64,000 nucleotides of DNA, from NCBI GenBank assembly GCA_031426555.1, contig JANPLN010000030.1, positions 1-64,000 of the forward strand. Reading direction: 5' to 3'. The stretch's first letter is position 1. The number at the start of each line of letters is the position of its first letter. The notes below the pieces were generated by a model. That model did no database searches and had not been told where the DNA came from. It saw nothing but the letters and a program-made list of their open reading frames with translations. The position numbers and the translations under genes were made by a program. This DNA comes from Bdellovibrionales bacterium. GTDB taxonomy: Bacteria; Bdellovibrionota; Bdellovibrionia; Bdellovibrionales; JAGQZY01. This document shows, piece after piece, positions 28,854-38,355 of this stretch.

Positions 28854-29798
28854 TCAATCAAAAAGAGAACTGACGGAGGCATTTCCATAAATTCTCTGAA
28901 TCGCTTCTGCAACTACCGGAGCCATTGACGTGACGACAACTTTTCCGCACGCACGACTTGTTTCGCTCGAAGGAATTGTGTCGGTCACAATCACTTTTTC
29001 GAGACCAGATTCCGTAATTCTTTGAATCGCGGGACCGGAAAACAAAGCATGGGTCGCAACAGCGAACACCCTTTTTGCACCATTGTTAAGCAGGCTGTCA
29101 ACACCTTGTGTGAGGGTGCCTGCCGTGTCGATCATGTCGTCCAGAATAATGGCCTCCTTGTCGCGAACGTCACCTATTAAGTGAAGTGCTTTCGCAACGT
29201 TAGGACCCGAGCGGCGCTTATCAATAATGGCCATGGAGCAATCGATTCTTTTGGCGAAAGCGCGGGCTCTTTCAACCCCACCGGCATCGGGGCTCACAAC
29301 CACATAGTCTTTGCCCATTCCGTAATTATCTTTCCAGTATTGGGCGAGGGTAGGAATGGCAAACAGGTGATCCACTGGGCAGTTAAAGAATCCCTGAATT
29401 TGAGCCGCGTGGAGATCCACACAAAGGACGCGCGAGGCTCCAGCGGTGGTAAGCAGGTCGGCCATGCATTTTGCCGTGATTGGGGCCCGCGGAGCCACTT
29501 TGCGATCCTGGCGTGCGTAGCCGTAATAGGGAATCACAGCGACGATATTCTTTGCCGAAGCGCGCTTTAGCGCATCCAGTGTTACAAAAAGTTCCATGTA
29601 GTTTTCGTTCACAGGAGGGCAGGTGCTCTGAATCAGGTAAACACTGGCGCCGCGAACACTCTCTTGAATTTCAACCTGGATCTCGCCATCGGCGAACCGT
29701 GAGATGGTGGACTGACCCAAACGCATGCCCGCGTGTTCGGCAACTTTTTCGGCGAAGGCTTTGTTGGAATTGCAGGTAAAAATTCGCAGGTCGTTCAT
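28854..29798 (-). CDS. prs: Ribose-phosphate pyrophosphokinase
   Basis: PYYGYARQDRK, DLHAAQIQGFF, VVSPDAGG, DDMIDTAGT. Confidence 0.98.
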   Translation of the reverse strand: MNDLRIFTCNSNKAFAEKVAEHAGMRLGQSTISRFADGEIQVEIQESVRGASVYLIQSTCPPVNENYMELFVTLDALKRASAKNIVAVIPYYGYARQDRKVAPRAPITAKCMADLLTTAGASRVLCVDLHAAQIQGFFNCPVDHLFAIPTLAQYWKDNYGMGKDYVVVSPDAGGVERARAFAKRIDCSMAIIDKRRSGPNVAKALHLIGDVRDKEAIILDDMIDTAGTLTQGVDSLLNNGAKRVFAVATHALFSGPAIQRITESGLEKVIVTDTIPSSETSRACGKVVVTSMAPVVAEAIQRIYGNASVSSLFD

Positions 29799-29922
29799 GG
29801 GTGGAAAGGAGTTAACACTGCGAGGCGATATTGTCCAGATTTAGAGGATAAAATCAGAGAGAATTTGGCAAATCGCCTCATTCTGCCAGTCTTTTTTGCA
29901 GAGGCGATCGTAAATCGAGCTT

Positions 29923-30516
29923 TTAGAGACTTTTTAAAAACTCAGTGATTTTTTTGCAGGCTTGCGCTCGGTGTGAAAGTGCGTTTTTAACGGCGTCAGT
30001 GAGTTCGCCAAAAGTTTGCGTGTGGCCTTCGGGAATAAAGGCGGGATCGTAACCGAAGCCCTTTGTTCCTGTGGCTTTTGTTGAGATTTGCCCGTGGCAT
30101 TGGCCGGTAAAAACCTGCTCTGCCCGTTGCGGACTGATCAAAACCAAAGAGCATTCAAAGTAAGCTTTGCGATTCGACGACGAGCGAATCTGCATCATCT
30201 TTAAAAGTTTTGCGACATTTTCGGCATCGCTGGCTTTTTCCCCTGCGTAGCGCGCCGAGTGAACACCGGGCAAACCACCAAGTCCATCCACGCACAAACC
30301 GGAATCGTCGGCCAAAACCCAATCCGCGTCATCGACTACGCTTTTTAATGAGCGGGCTTTGATTTGCGCATTTTCTAAAAATGTTTTTCCAGTTTCGGGA
30401 GGTGAAGAGTAAACAGGGAGTTCATTTTGTGAATGAACAGTAAACGCGGGATTGGCCAGCATCATTTTAAACTCAGCCAATTTTCCTTTGTTGCCTGTGG
30501 CAATCCATAACTTCAT
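29923..30516 (-). CDS. rdgB: Non-canonical purine NTP pyrophosphatase (RdgB/HAM1)
   Basis: ATGNKGK, ADDSGL, PGVHSARY, GFGYDP, SHRAQA. Confidence 0.96.
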   Translation of the reverse strand: MKLWIATGNKGKLAEFKMMLANPAFTVHSQNELPVYSSPPETGKTFLENAQIKARSLKSVVDDADWVLADDSGLCVDGLGGLPGVHSARYAGEKASDAENVAKLLKMMQIRSSSNRKAYFECSLVLISPQRAEQVFTGQCHGQISTKATGTKGFGYDPAFIPEGHTQTFGELTDAVKNALSHRAQACKKITEFLKSL

Positions 30517-30521
30517 GGGCG

Positions 30522-31262
30522 TCAAAATGGGCTCATCAGATTTGTATAATTAAAAACTTCGAGAACTCTTTTTTGCTCTTCAAATAACTGTGCACAGCCT
30601 TTTTGCGCGAGGTCGATCATCGCTTGCAATTGCGCTTGGGTGAATGGTTTTTCCTCGGCCGTGCCTTGAATTTCGACAAAATCACCATTCGAGTTCATCA
30701 CAAAGTTGGCGTCGGTATCGGCGGTGGAATCCTCTTGGTAACAAAGGTCTAACGTGGGTTCGTTGGCAATCATGCCCACGCTGATGGCGCTGACAAAACT
30801 GCGAATGGGCGCCTGCATATTCGGCTCTTTTTTCTTCATGTAACTCAACGCCTGCACAAGAGCTACAAAACCACCGGTAATGGCGGCCGTGCGAGTGCCG
30901 CCGTCGGCTTGCAAAACATCACAGTCGATATTGATTTGTTTTTCTCCGAGTTTGTAAAGATCCACGGAGCTTCGCAAGCTTCGGGCAACGAGACGAGAGA
31001 TTTCTTGAGTGCGTCCGCTGGAGGCTGCTTTTTCGCGGTTCATGCGCTCGTGGGTGGAGCGCGGAAGCATTCCGTATTCGGCCGTCACCCAACCTTTCCC
31101 TTGGTTTTGCAGCCATTTGGGTACGGTGGGCTCAAGACTGGCGGTGCAGAGAACATGGGTGTGGCCGATTTTGATAAGGGCGCTGCCCTCGGCATAACGG
31201 TTCACTCCCACTTCGATGGAAAGTGGACGAAGATCTGAAAGTTTTCTTTGGTCGATGCGCAT
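30522..31262 (-). CDS. rph: Ribonuclease PH
   Basis: GWVTAEYGMLPRST, GRTQEISRL, DCDVLQADGGTRTAAITG; start at ATG 31262. Confidence 0.97.
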   Translation of the reverse strand: MRIDQRKLSDLRPLSIEVGVNRYAEGSALIKIGHTHVLCTASLEPTVPKWLQNQGKGWVTAEYGMLPRSTHERMNREKAASSGRTQEISRLVARSLRSSVDLYKLGEKQINIDCDVLQADGGTRTAAITGGFVALVQALSYMKKKEPNMQAPIRSFVSAISVGMIANEPTLDLCYQEDSTADTDANFVMNSNGDFVEIQGTAEEKPFTQAQLQAMIDLAQKGCAQLFEEQKRVLEVFNYTNLMSPF

Positions 31263-31267
31263 GGGGG

Positions 31268-32029
31268 CTACTTTAGTGCTTTGGAGTGGCCCTTGTCGAG
31301 AGTTTCTTTGTAGTCTTTGAGGCCTTGGTAGATGGCCTGAGCGATTTCTTTTTGGTAGGAGGGGGTGTTGAGCCGTTTGGCTTCTTTTTCGTTCGTCAAA
31401 AATCCAATTTCGATCAAAATAGATGGAATGGTGTCTTGCTGGATCACATAAAAGGGACCTTGCTTCACAGTGTCGACCCGTTTTTTCGAAAATGGAACTT
31501 TCCAATGATCCACGATGTGCCAGCTGAGCTCGTAGCTTTTCAAGGTGTTCATGGATTTTTGCATATCGTGGAGGATGGATGTCACATCACCCTTGGCGCG
31601 CTTTTTTTTGAGAGTTTCATTTTGGTTTTCATGGTGAGCTAAACGCAAGCTGTCTTCATTGGGCGCTAGTTCATTGCGAAAATAAATTTCCATGCCTTGC
31701 GTGTGGGAATCCGGAGACGAATTGGCATGGATGCTCACAAAAAGTTGTGCATTGTTTTTTTGTGCTTTTTTAACTCGGTGCTGAAGCTCTAGTACGGAAT
31801 TGTCGGGGCGAGTGAGGAAAGCGCTATATTCGGGATCCGCGTTGAGAATTTTTTCGAGGTTTTGCGAAATTCCTAAAACCACTGTCGATTCGCGAATTCC
31901 ACCGCGCGTGGCGCCGGCATCGGTTCCGCCATGACCCGCATCAATGGCAATTGTTAAGGGCCCTTCTAGTGGAACAGCTAGGGCAACGACCGACTGAAAA
32001 AAAAGAGTCAGCGCCCACACAAACCACAT
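31268..32029 (-). CDS. N-acetylmuramoyl-L-alanine amidase (Amidase_3)
   Basis: IDAGHGGTD, FVSIHANS, PSILIEIGFLTN. Confidence 0.92.
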   Translation of the reverse strand: MWFVWALTLFFQSVVALAVPLEGPLTIAIDAGHGGTDAGATRGGIRESTVVLGISQNLEKILNADPEYSAFLTRPDNSVLELQHRVKKAQKNNAQLFVSIHANSSPDSHTQGMEIYFRNELAPNEDSLRLAHHENQNETLKKKRAKGDVTSILHDMQKSMNTLKSYELSWHIVDHWKVPFSKKRVDTVKQGPFYVIQQDTIPSILIEIGFLTNEKEAKRLNTPSYQKEIAQAIYQGLKDYKETLDKGHSKALK

Positions 32030-32901
32030 TAGAACAGGAGTCCAAGTTTAAGAGAAATGACATTGGTGGTGACATCGCCCGACGGAAAATAATAATAGGC
32101 GATTTCGAAGGGAAGCGTGTAGCCATTCAAATGAAACTCCATACCACCGCCAAATTCACCAATGGCTAAACTGTCGATAGAACCTTCAATAATAATGTCC
32201 GACGACTTTGACATTGGATAAAGAATTCCCAGGCCACCAATTAAATAAAAGCTGGAGGATTTGCTTTTTGAAAACGACCAGTGAAAAAGAGCGTCCATTG
32301 TGAGGTAAGTGATATCGGTGCCGGTGGCGGTGACAACCGAAAGGTTTGAAAGAGGGCGACCGTCACCGGTGACCGAGAAAAATTCCGCACCCAGCATTCC
32401 ACGAAAGTAGACAGACTGAAAAAGTGGATAATCGTAGAGACCGCGAAGAGCAATACTGCTTCCGCTTTGCGAAGATTGTCCAAGGGTTCCTTGGTCCACA
32501 TCTTGGCTCGCCATTCCGTACCCGGCTAGAACGCCGACGCGAGACTGGGGGTACTGGGAAGAGCTGTCGTCCTCGTCAGCGCTTTGGTCTTCGGCCACCA
32601 CAGATGGGGCCTTCTTCGCTTTTTTGCCAGCCGCTTTAAAAGTTGTTGTGTAACCTTTGTCGGCTTTGCCTTTTTTAAGGAGTCCGATGGCTTTTCGACC
32701 TTTAAACTTTTTGATTTGTACGAGGCCTAACTTTTTACCCTCGGCATTGTTCAATATAAAGTAGTCGTTGGTTGTGAACGGCTCTTCTTGGTCAAACATG
32801 ATGTAAACTTTGGAGCCTTTTACCTTCATGACTTTTCCCGCGTGGGCAGTAAAAGAAAAACTGAACAATAACAAAGAGATCAAGATGCTAAAATATTTCA
32901 T
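32029..32901 (-). CDS. Outer-membrane beta-barrel protein with a basic N-terminal domain
   Basis: Signal peptide ending TAHA, amphipathic strands, C-terminal KLGLLF; GAGG RBS. Confidence 0.7.
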   Translation of the reverse strand: MKYFSILISLLLFSFSFTAHAGKVMKVKGSKVYIMFDQEEPFTTNDYFILNNAEGKKLGLVQIKKFKGRKAIGLLKKGKADKGYTTTFKAAGKKAKKAPSVVAEDQSADEDDSSSQYPQSRVGVLAGYGMASQDVDQGTLGQSSQSGSSIALRGLYDYPLFQSVYFRGMLGAEFFSVTGDGRPLSNLSVVTATGTDITYLTMDALFHWSFSKSKSSSFYLIGGLGILYPMSKSSDIIIEGSIDSLAIGEFGGGMEFHLNGYTLPFEIAYYYFPSGDVTTNVISLKLGLLF

Positions 32902-33038
32902 AGACGTCCTCTTTTGGGTTCTCAATGAACTCCCTATTATTTTAGAAGACGTCGGTGGAAATAACTATGAGATTGTCTTTGCGGCCCCACTTAGGGCCAG
33001 GCAAAGACTGAGAGTTTTTTTAATATAATTCGAAATGC

Positions 33039-33464
33039 TTAGAAAGGAATTTCTTCGTGGGAATCAAAGCTCGGTTCAGGAGAGAAGTCCGCTGCTGGAG
33101 CCGACGAACCCATGCCCGCGCCCATGCCTCTTTCATTCGGGGCACCAAGAAACTGAACAGTGGTCGCTACAACCTCTGTTGTGTAGCGTTTTTGTCCCTG
33201 TTGATCTTCCCAGTTGCGAGTTTGCAATTTGCCTTCAACGTACACTTGGCGACCTTTGCTTAAGTGCTGGCGACAAACTTCGGCCAATTTTGCCCAAACA
33301 ACAATGCGGTGCCATTCTGTGCGTTCTTGTTTTTGTCCATCGCGATCCACCCAGTTTTCACTGGTGGCGATGTTAAAATTGGCCACACTTTGTCCTGAAG
33401 ACAGTGTTTTAAGTTCAGGATCTGCGCCCAAGCGACCGACGAGAATGACTTTGTTTACTGACAT
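33039..33464 (-). CDS. ssb: Single-stranded DNA-binding protein
   Basis: [18 protein letters not shown]-terminal EEIPF. Confidence 0.98.
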   Translation of the reverse strand: MSVNKVILVGRLGADPELKTLSSGQSVANFNIATSENWVDRDGQKQERTEWHRIVVWAKLAEVCRQHLSKGRQVYVEGKLQTRNWEDQQGQKRYTTEVVATTVQFLGAPNERGMGAGMGSSAPAADFSPEPSFDSHEEIPF

Positions 33465-33566
33465 AATTCCCCCATTTGTTGGTGATCAATCGTTATACTG
33501 AGGATGCTGCGCGGAATGCAAACGGAGTTTGCAAAAGGTGCAGATGGTCGACTGGCACATGACGAC

Positions 33567-33749
33567 ATGCCCAACTTTACAGCACTTTAAGTTTCTGAAT
33601 TCTTCCAAAAACTCAAATTGTAAGGAAAAAGACCTCTCGCCAACAGGATGTTGGATCTGCGAGTTGAGCCCACGACGGGCGCGTCTTTTTTCTTACAATT
33701 TGAGTTTTTGTAAGAATTCAGAAACTTAAAGTGCTGTAAAATTAGGCAT
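33567..33749. repeat. Giant palindromic element B, overlapping the gspN 3' end
   Basis: 67-bp arms (33567-33633 / 33683-33749) with 4 mismatches; 49-bp structured core; the right arm includes 24 nt of the gspN CDS. Confidence 0.92.
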
Positions 33750-34715
33750 TGGGTCGCTAAATCCGTTCGCCTGGACGCGAAATGCGTAGCGCAGGCCTTC
33801 GCTGGTGGTTGTACTGTATTTGCCGAGATATCCTTGAATGGCATCAGCGGCACTGCCGAGCTTGGCTTGCATGGATTTTTTTAAATTTAAATCCACAGCC
33901 AAGCTGTAGAAGCCAACGGTGGGAGTTCCTCCGGGGAATACACGGATGTCCATTTCACCGGAAATTTTTAAAATCATCTCGTCAGAGCCACTGCCGAGCT
34001 GAGTCTCTTTGAGCAAAAGCTTTCCATTCTTTAACGTGCCTTTGAGAACGACTTTTTGAAAACTCATGGCGGGAAGAGCCATGGGGCCAAAACCCGTTGC
34101 GATTTCGAACTGCGGAATGATCAATTTTGCCAGGCTCATTTCAATCACGCCCTCGGGCTGGGTTTTCATCGATGGATCCAAATCCATCTTCGCGGTCAGT
34201 TGCCCGAGCGCAGACGGGGATACCGGCCAGTTGGGGCCCAAACTTTTTGCGAGAATTTTAACATCAAAATCAGAGTAGTTCAGATCGAGCTCGATCGCCT
34301 GCGGATCTTTGATTTTTGAACTCGCACTGGTTGAGGCCTCGAGCGTTCCGCCAAAAAGACCTTCAGCATCGATGTTGACGTGGGGCTTTAGAACTTTGGT
34401 AAAAGCAAATTGAATACAAGCGAGCACTGATGGTGCCACCTTCAAGTACTTCACTTCGACCTGCTCGATCATAGGACTTTCCACCAGCGCTTGCTTCATG
34501 ATGACGGCTGGACGGGGAAAAAACGACAGGTCCATGCTCTCAAATTCTAGATAAATAAGGCCACTGGCGTTGGTTTCGGCGACGATCTTTTCGCCAAGCT
34601 CAGTCAGTGGAAAAAACACCACGGAAAAAACCAAACAGCACAACAAAAACATGACGATCTTCATTTTGTGAAACAAAAAAATCGTCTTTATAAAATCAAT
34701 CACTGTTCGTAGCAT
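33726..34715 (-). CDS. gspN: Type II secretion protein N
   Basis: N-terminal TM ending FFP, AsmA-like beta-rich body, last gene of the gsp operon. Confidence 0.75.
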   Translation of the reverse strand: MLRTVIDFIKTIFLFHKMKIVMFLLCCLVFSVVFFPLTELGEKIVAETNASGLIYLEFESMDLSFFPRPAVIMKQALVESPMIEQVEVKYLKVAPSVLACIQFAFTKVLKPHVNIDAEGLFGGTLEASTSASSKIKDPQAIELDLNYSDFDVKILAKSLGPNWPVSPSALGQLTAKMDLDPSMKTQPEGVIEMSLAKLIIPQFEIATGFGPMALPAMSFQKVVLKGTLKNGKLLLKETQLGSGSDEMILKISGEMDIRVFPGGTPTVGFYSLAVDLNLKKSMQAKLGSAADAIQGYLGKYSTTTSEGLRYAFRVQANGFSDPMPNFTAL

Positions 34716-34716
34716 C

Positions 34717-35367
34717 TTATCTCTTCTTTTTACCCGGGGTGGGCTCGTCTTTCATCGGGAGTGAAAGGGAACTCATGGTGAATTTGACTTGAAAGTAATG
34801 GGGATCTTCTTTGTCCGCTTGAATATCAACGCCTGCGAGTTTGGTGTTGGGATGCATGGCCGAGAGTTTTTGGCTGAGCTGAACAATTTGCGTGAGGTTC
34901 AATTTTTTAAGCTCAATGGAAAGGCCTTCTTGTTGGATAGGTCCGGAAACCATTTTGCTGGGAAGGGGTTTATTAACCGGCACATAAGCGCCTTTTTGCG
35001 ATTCAATGATCTGTGTGCTGGTGATCTGTGCATCAATCAATGAGCGCATTTCATCGAAGCTCAGCCCTTTGAATTGATCTGTGCGAATCACCGGGTTGCG
35101 AGCTGTGCGAAACAAATCGCGAATCAACCGGCGGTTGACCTGAAAACTTTCTTCATAGGTTTTTGACGACGACACGAAGGACTCAGGAATGAGATAAATT
35201 GCAAAACCAAGAAAAAAAACCCCACCGAAAATCAAAAGGTTTTGCACCACCGGATTAAAATTTCGGTAGCGCTCCATCAGCTGGATATAGAGGGAGTTTT
35301 CCTGGACGCGGGCAAGCAGCTGCTGAAGGGCTTCTACAATCTTTTCTTTTAGATCCGAAAAATTCAC
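34717..35367 (-). CDS. gspM: Type II secretion protein M-like
   Basis: Single TM with a ferredoxin-like C-terminus; position between gspL and gspN. Confidence 0.65.
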   Translation of the reverse strand: MNFSDLKEKIVEALQQLLARVQENSLYIQLMERYRNFNPVVQNLLIFGGVFFLGFAIYLIPESFVSSSKTYEESFQVNRRLIRDLFRTARNPVIRTDQFKGLSFDEMRSLIDAQITSTQIIESQKGAYVPVNKPLPSKMVSGPIQQEGLSIELKKLNLTQIVQLSQKLSAMHPNTKLAGVDIQADKEDPHYFQVKFTMSSLSLPMKDEPTPGKKKR

Positions 35368-36995
35368 AATGTTCCCTTCATCGTAAAGCTAAAAGCAAAC
35401 GCGACGCCTTTGTCCTCTGTGAGCGTGGTTTTTTCGGTGCGAACCTTGTTATTGATCGACATGGGTTCGAGTTTCTTGCGAATCAGATCCACAGTGTTTC
35501 TTTGCTCGGCGATACCTTCCAGGGAAACCTGTGCGTTATTCACACTGACCTTGCGGATGTCGTAGGTTGTTTGCTTATTAGAGGGCAAGGTTGAACTCAG
35601 AAGATTGACCACCTTCATCGAAGGTTCAATGTCTTGAATCTTCGAAAAGATTTTGGCATTTTTCACTTTATCTTGCTCTTGCAGGATGAAGCGCTCAATC
35701 CCTTCGGGAGTGGCCTGCGCCCCGCGAAGGTTTGCGATGGTACCAGCGTGTTTTTGCAGTTCTTGAAATGTGGCATCGTCCAAGCCAACCGCCACCTTTT
35801 CGCGCACAAACCCGTAGCCCGTGTAGAGGACATAAGCAACGGCCGCGAGAGTGAGTGCGTGGCCCCACTTACTCCACGTTTTTTCCCAAAACAGATTGCG
35901 CTTGATACTCTCACCTTGGCGCAGGTTGATTGCAGGATTTTTAGGTCGTTTTAGACCTTCCACCGCAAGACCGATAGCAATGGGAAGTTGTTCTGCCATG
36001 TGGGAAACGGCTTGCACTTGGCGCGGTTGCAAAAGATCGCCGATGACGCTTTCGCTGTTAAAAGGAATACCCACATTTTTAGTGAGGTGAGCATTGATAT
36101 TTTCGATGCGACTGAGGGGGCCTGATAATTGCGCAAAGCCGATGGTTCCACGAAAGCGATCTTGGCAATCCAGAATCGTCATTCGCAACTGTTGAGTAAA
36201 ATCCAGCATGGATTTTTCGATGGTCTCTGAAAGTCGCAGCTCTTGAGCGGAGGCCCCGGCCATCATCATCAATAACCGCATTTGATCGGGAATCAGAGTT
36301 GCCGCTTGATCGTAGGGATAGTTAAAGGTTTTCATGAGTTCGAGGATCAAATTCTTTTCACCCCAAGAAATGGTTCGGGTCCAAACGAGTTGGCGCTGTT
36401 GATAGAGCGAAACCAACGTGTGGTCGTGGCGCACAAACAAGCGCATCATCATGGGAGTTGGAATGGTTTCTGGAGCACTCTGTAAGTACGACCCATTCTG
36501 CCAGTCTTCGACCAGGTTTGCAAAAGCCGCGCCCTCGGCACTAATGAGATCTGGATCGATCTGTACGCGCGCTAAAAGATCAACCAATTGAAGGACTTCT
36601 TTTTGTGGGGTCGCAAAAACCAGGACGGCGGTTTCGTTGGCGTTTTGCGAAACTGTTTTGGCATCAAAAAAGCTGTAGTCGCTGCCAAAGGGAAGCTCTT
36701 CATCGAGTTCGAAAGGTAAACTTCGCAAAATATCGAGACGGCGAGAGAAGGGAAAGGAAAGATTGCGGGTGCTCACCAGACGCTGAGGAAGTCCAACGAC
36801 CACAACTTTTTTATCCAGTTCGAAATTCTCTTTGAGAAATTTGAGGCCCTGTAAAAGATCAAGTTCCCAGTTGTCGAGATCGTTGGGATTGAGTGGATAA
36901 AATTCGGCACGATTCACTTCGTACCCGGCGCGATCGACCGTGATCTCTGCCAGCGCGATTCCATTATTGCTTATATCGATACCTATGGCCTTCAT
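35364..36995 (-). CDS. gspL: Type II secretion protein L (PilM-like actin fold, TM, periplasmic domain)
   Basis: AIGIDI, LPFELDEELPF, AIGLAVEGL, INLR, then TM. Confidence 0.8.
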   Translation of the reverse strand: MKAIGIDISNNGIALAEITVDRAGYEVNRAEFYPLNPNDLDNWELDLLQGLKFLKENFELDKKVVVVGLPQRLVSTRNLSFPFSRRLDILRSLPFELDEELPFGSDYSFFDAKTVSQNANETAVLVFATPQKEVLQLVDLLARVQIDPDLISAEGAAFANLVEDWQNGSYLQSAPETIPTPMMMRLFVRHDHTLVSLYQQRQLVWTRTISWGEKNLILELMKTFNYPYDQAATLIPDQMRLLMMMAGASAQELRLSETIEKSMLDFTQQLRMTILDCQDRFRGTIGFAQLSGPLSRIENINAHLTKNVGIPFNSESVIGDLLQPRQVQAVSHMAEQLPIAIGLAVEGLKRPKNPAINLRQGESIKRNLFWEKTWSKWGHALTLAAVAYVLYTGYGFVREKVAVGLDDATFQELQKHAGTIANLRGAQATPEGIERFILQEQDKVKNAKIFSKIQDIEPSMKVVNLLSSTLPSNKQTTYDIRKVSVNNAQVSLEGIAEQRNTVDLIRKKLEPMSINNKVRTEKTTLTEDKGVAFAFSFTMKGTL

Positions 36996-37047
36996 ATGTC
37001 ACAATTTTACTGGAACAAGAGCTGGGGTTCAAAGCTTATTTGTCGGC

Positions 37048-38355
37048 CTACTTAACGTCCTGGAAAATAACATAAGGAGGTCCCGGTGGCGCAGGCGCTT
37101 CTGCACTTTGGTCGGTATTTTGTTTCTCGAGCTTCCGTTGCTCCTCGATACACTTCTTCTGTTCGTCGCCCGCGGTGGGTTTGTCTTGGCAGATGCACTT
37201 GAATTTTTCTTCTCCGGCCACATCCGCGCATCTCTCGTCGACCGACGTGCTGGATAAACTTTTGCGAAGTCGAGACTGAACTTTTGCAAAATCAAAGACA
37301 ATGGAAGTGATCTCGCGATTCAGGTTTCCCACATTTCCTATACAACTGATGCGGAAGTTGATTTCGGGATCAAAATACAGGGGAATTTTATCTTTATTAA
37401 AATTTGTCGTATTCACCCCAAAACCGCCGATAAAACCAAAAAAATCTTTTTCGTCTTTAAACGGGCCGCCCAAGTTGACATCATTTCGGCGTTTCATAAT
37501 TTCTGTGACCACTTGTTCGGTGATTCCGGGGTCGAGAGCCATGAGCATGGTTTTGTCGGCGTAGTTCACGTTAATGCCCTTACCGCCAAAGACGGTGATG
37601 TTGGGAGCAAGAATCTCGTAGAGCTCGTCTTCCATCATTTTCACCATGTGCAGCTCGTCGATGATTTTGAAGGGTTGGTTGGGGGGGATGTACTGGCTTT
37701 GCATATCGCGGTAGTGCGATCCCTCATCGCCACCCATCAAACTGTTTTTATCGGCATCAATCCAATCGGTGACATGATTGAGCAGATCCTCAAACTTGAA
37801 GTTATAATATTTTTTCGAAAAATCGCCTTGCTCGCGAACTTTTGCCTGGAAGATATCAAGGATTTGCGCCCGTGTTTTTTCGCGGATCACTTTGGATGGA
37901 GACGCCAAATCATTGATATCGATTTTTCCACTTTCACTGGAAATCTGTGAGCTAAAGCGGTGTTTAAAGGTGCTTTGTTTGTTGGCCTTTTTAATTTCGT
38001 CTTGATTTGCCATGGACATATCGTTGTCGGTGGGCAAAGCAAGCGGCCAGGACAAAGGAAACTGCCAAATAATATCCAACATCGACGTGTCGATCATCTG
38101 CGGCTGACCGGGCTGCGCGCCACCGAGGCTGCGCGTGGCCTGCTGATAGGTTTTGATGCGCAAAAGGCTGAGCTCTGTACAGGCTTTTGCAGCGTAATAA
38201 GCTTGCACTCGCTTAACCGTGTTGAGCGAGCCTTGATATTCAACGACCGTGTCTTTTGATATTTCCAAAGCAATAAACATCAGTAAGCTCATAAAAAATA
38301 CCGAAAATAAAATCGCCGAGCCTTTTTGATTGCGTAAAAGTTGAAACGACATCAT
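37048..38355 (-). CDS. gspK: Type II secretion minor pseudopilin K
   Basis: KG/SAILFS, ESGKIDIN, DWIDAD, INVNYAD. Confidence 0.9.
   Translation of the reverse strand: MMSFQLLRNQKGSAILFSVFFMSLLMFIALEISKDTVVEYQGSLNTVKRVQAYYAAKACTELSLLRIKTYQQATRSLGGAQPGQPQMIDTSMLDIIWQFPLSWPLALPTDNDMSMANQDEIKKANKQSTFKHRFSSQISSESGKIDINDLASPSKVIREKTRAQILDIFQAKVREQGDFSKKYYNFKFEDLLNHVTDWIDADKNSLMGGDEGSHYRDMQSQYIPPNQPFKIIDELHMVKMMEDELYEILAPNITVFGGKGINVNYADKTMLMALDPGITEQVVTEIMKRRNDVNLGGPFKDEKDFFGFIGGFGVNTTNFNKDKIPLYFDPEINFRISCIGNVGNLNREITSIVFDFAKVQSRLRKSLSSTSVDERCADVAGEEKFKCICQDKPTAGDEQKKCIEEQRKLEKQNTDQSAEAPAPPGPPYVIFQDVK

Noticed and set aside
29799..29922. tRNA gene often found upstream of prs (also checked upstream of thrS)
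   Set aside because: No cloverleaf or T-loop consensus found by eye in either gap
31263..31505. 81-aa N-terminal extension of RNase PH
   Set aside because: It overlaps the amidase gene in another frame; RNase PH similarity starts at ATG 31262
33529..33853. Two small opposing ORFs with near-identical peptides (LQHFKFLNS...KNSET)
   Set aside because: A by-product of palindrome B; no independent coding evidence
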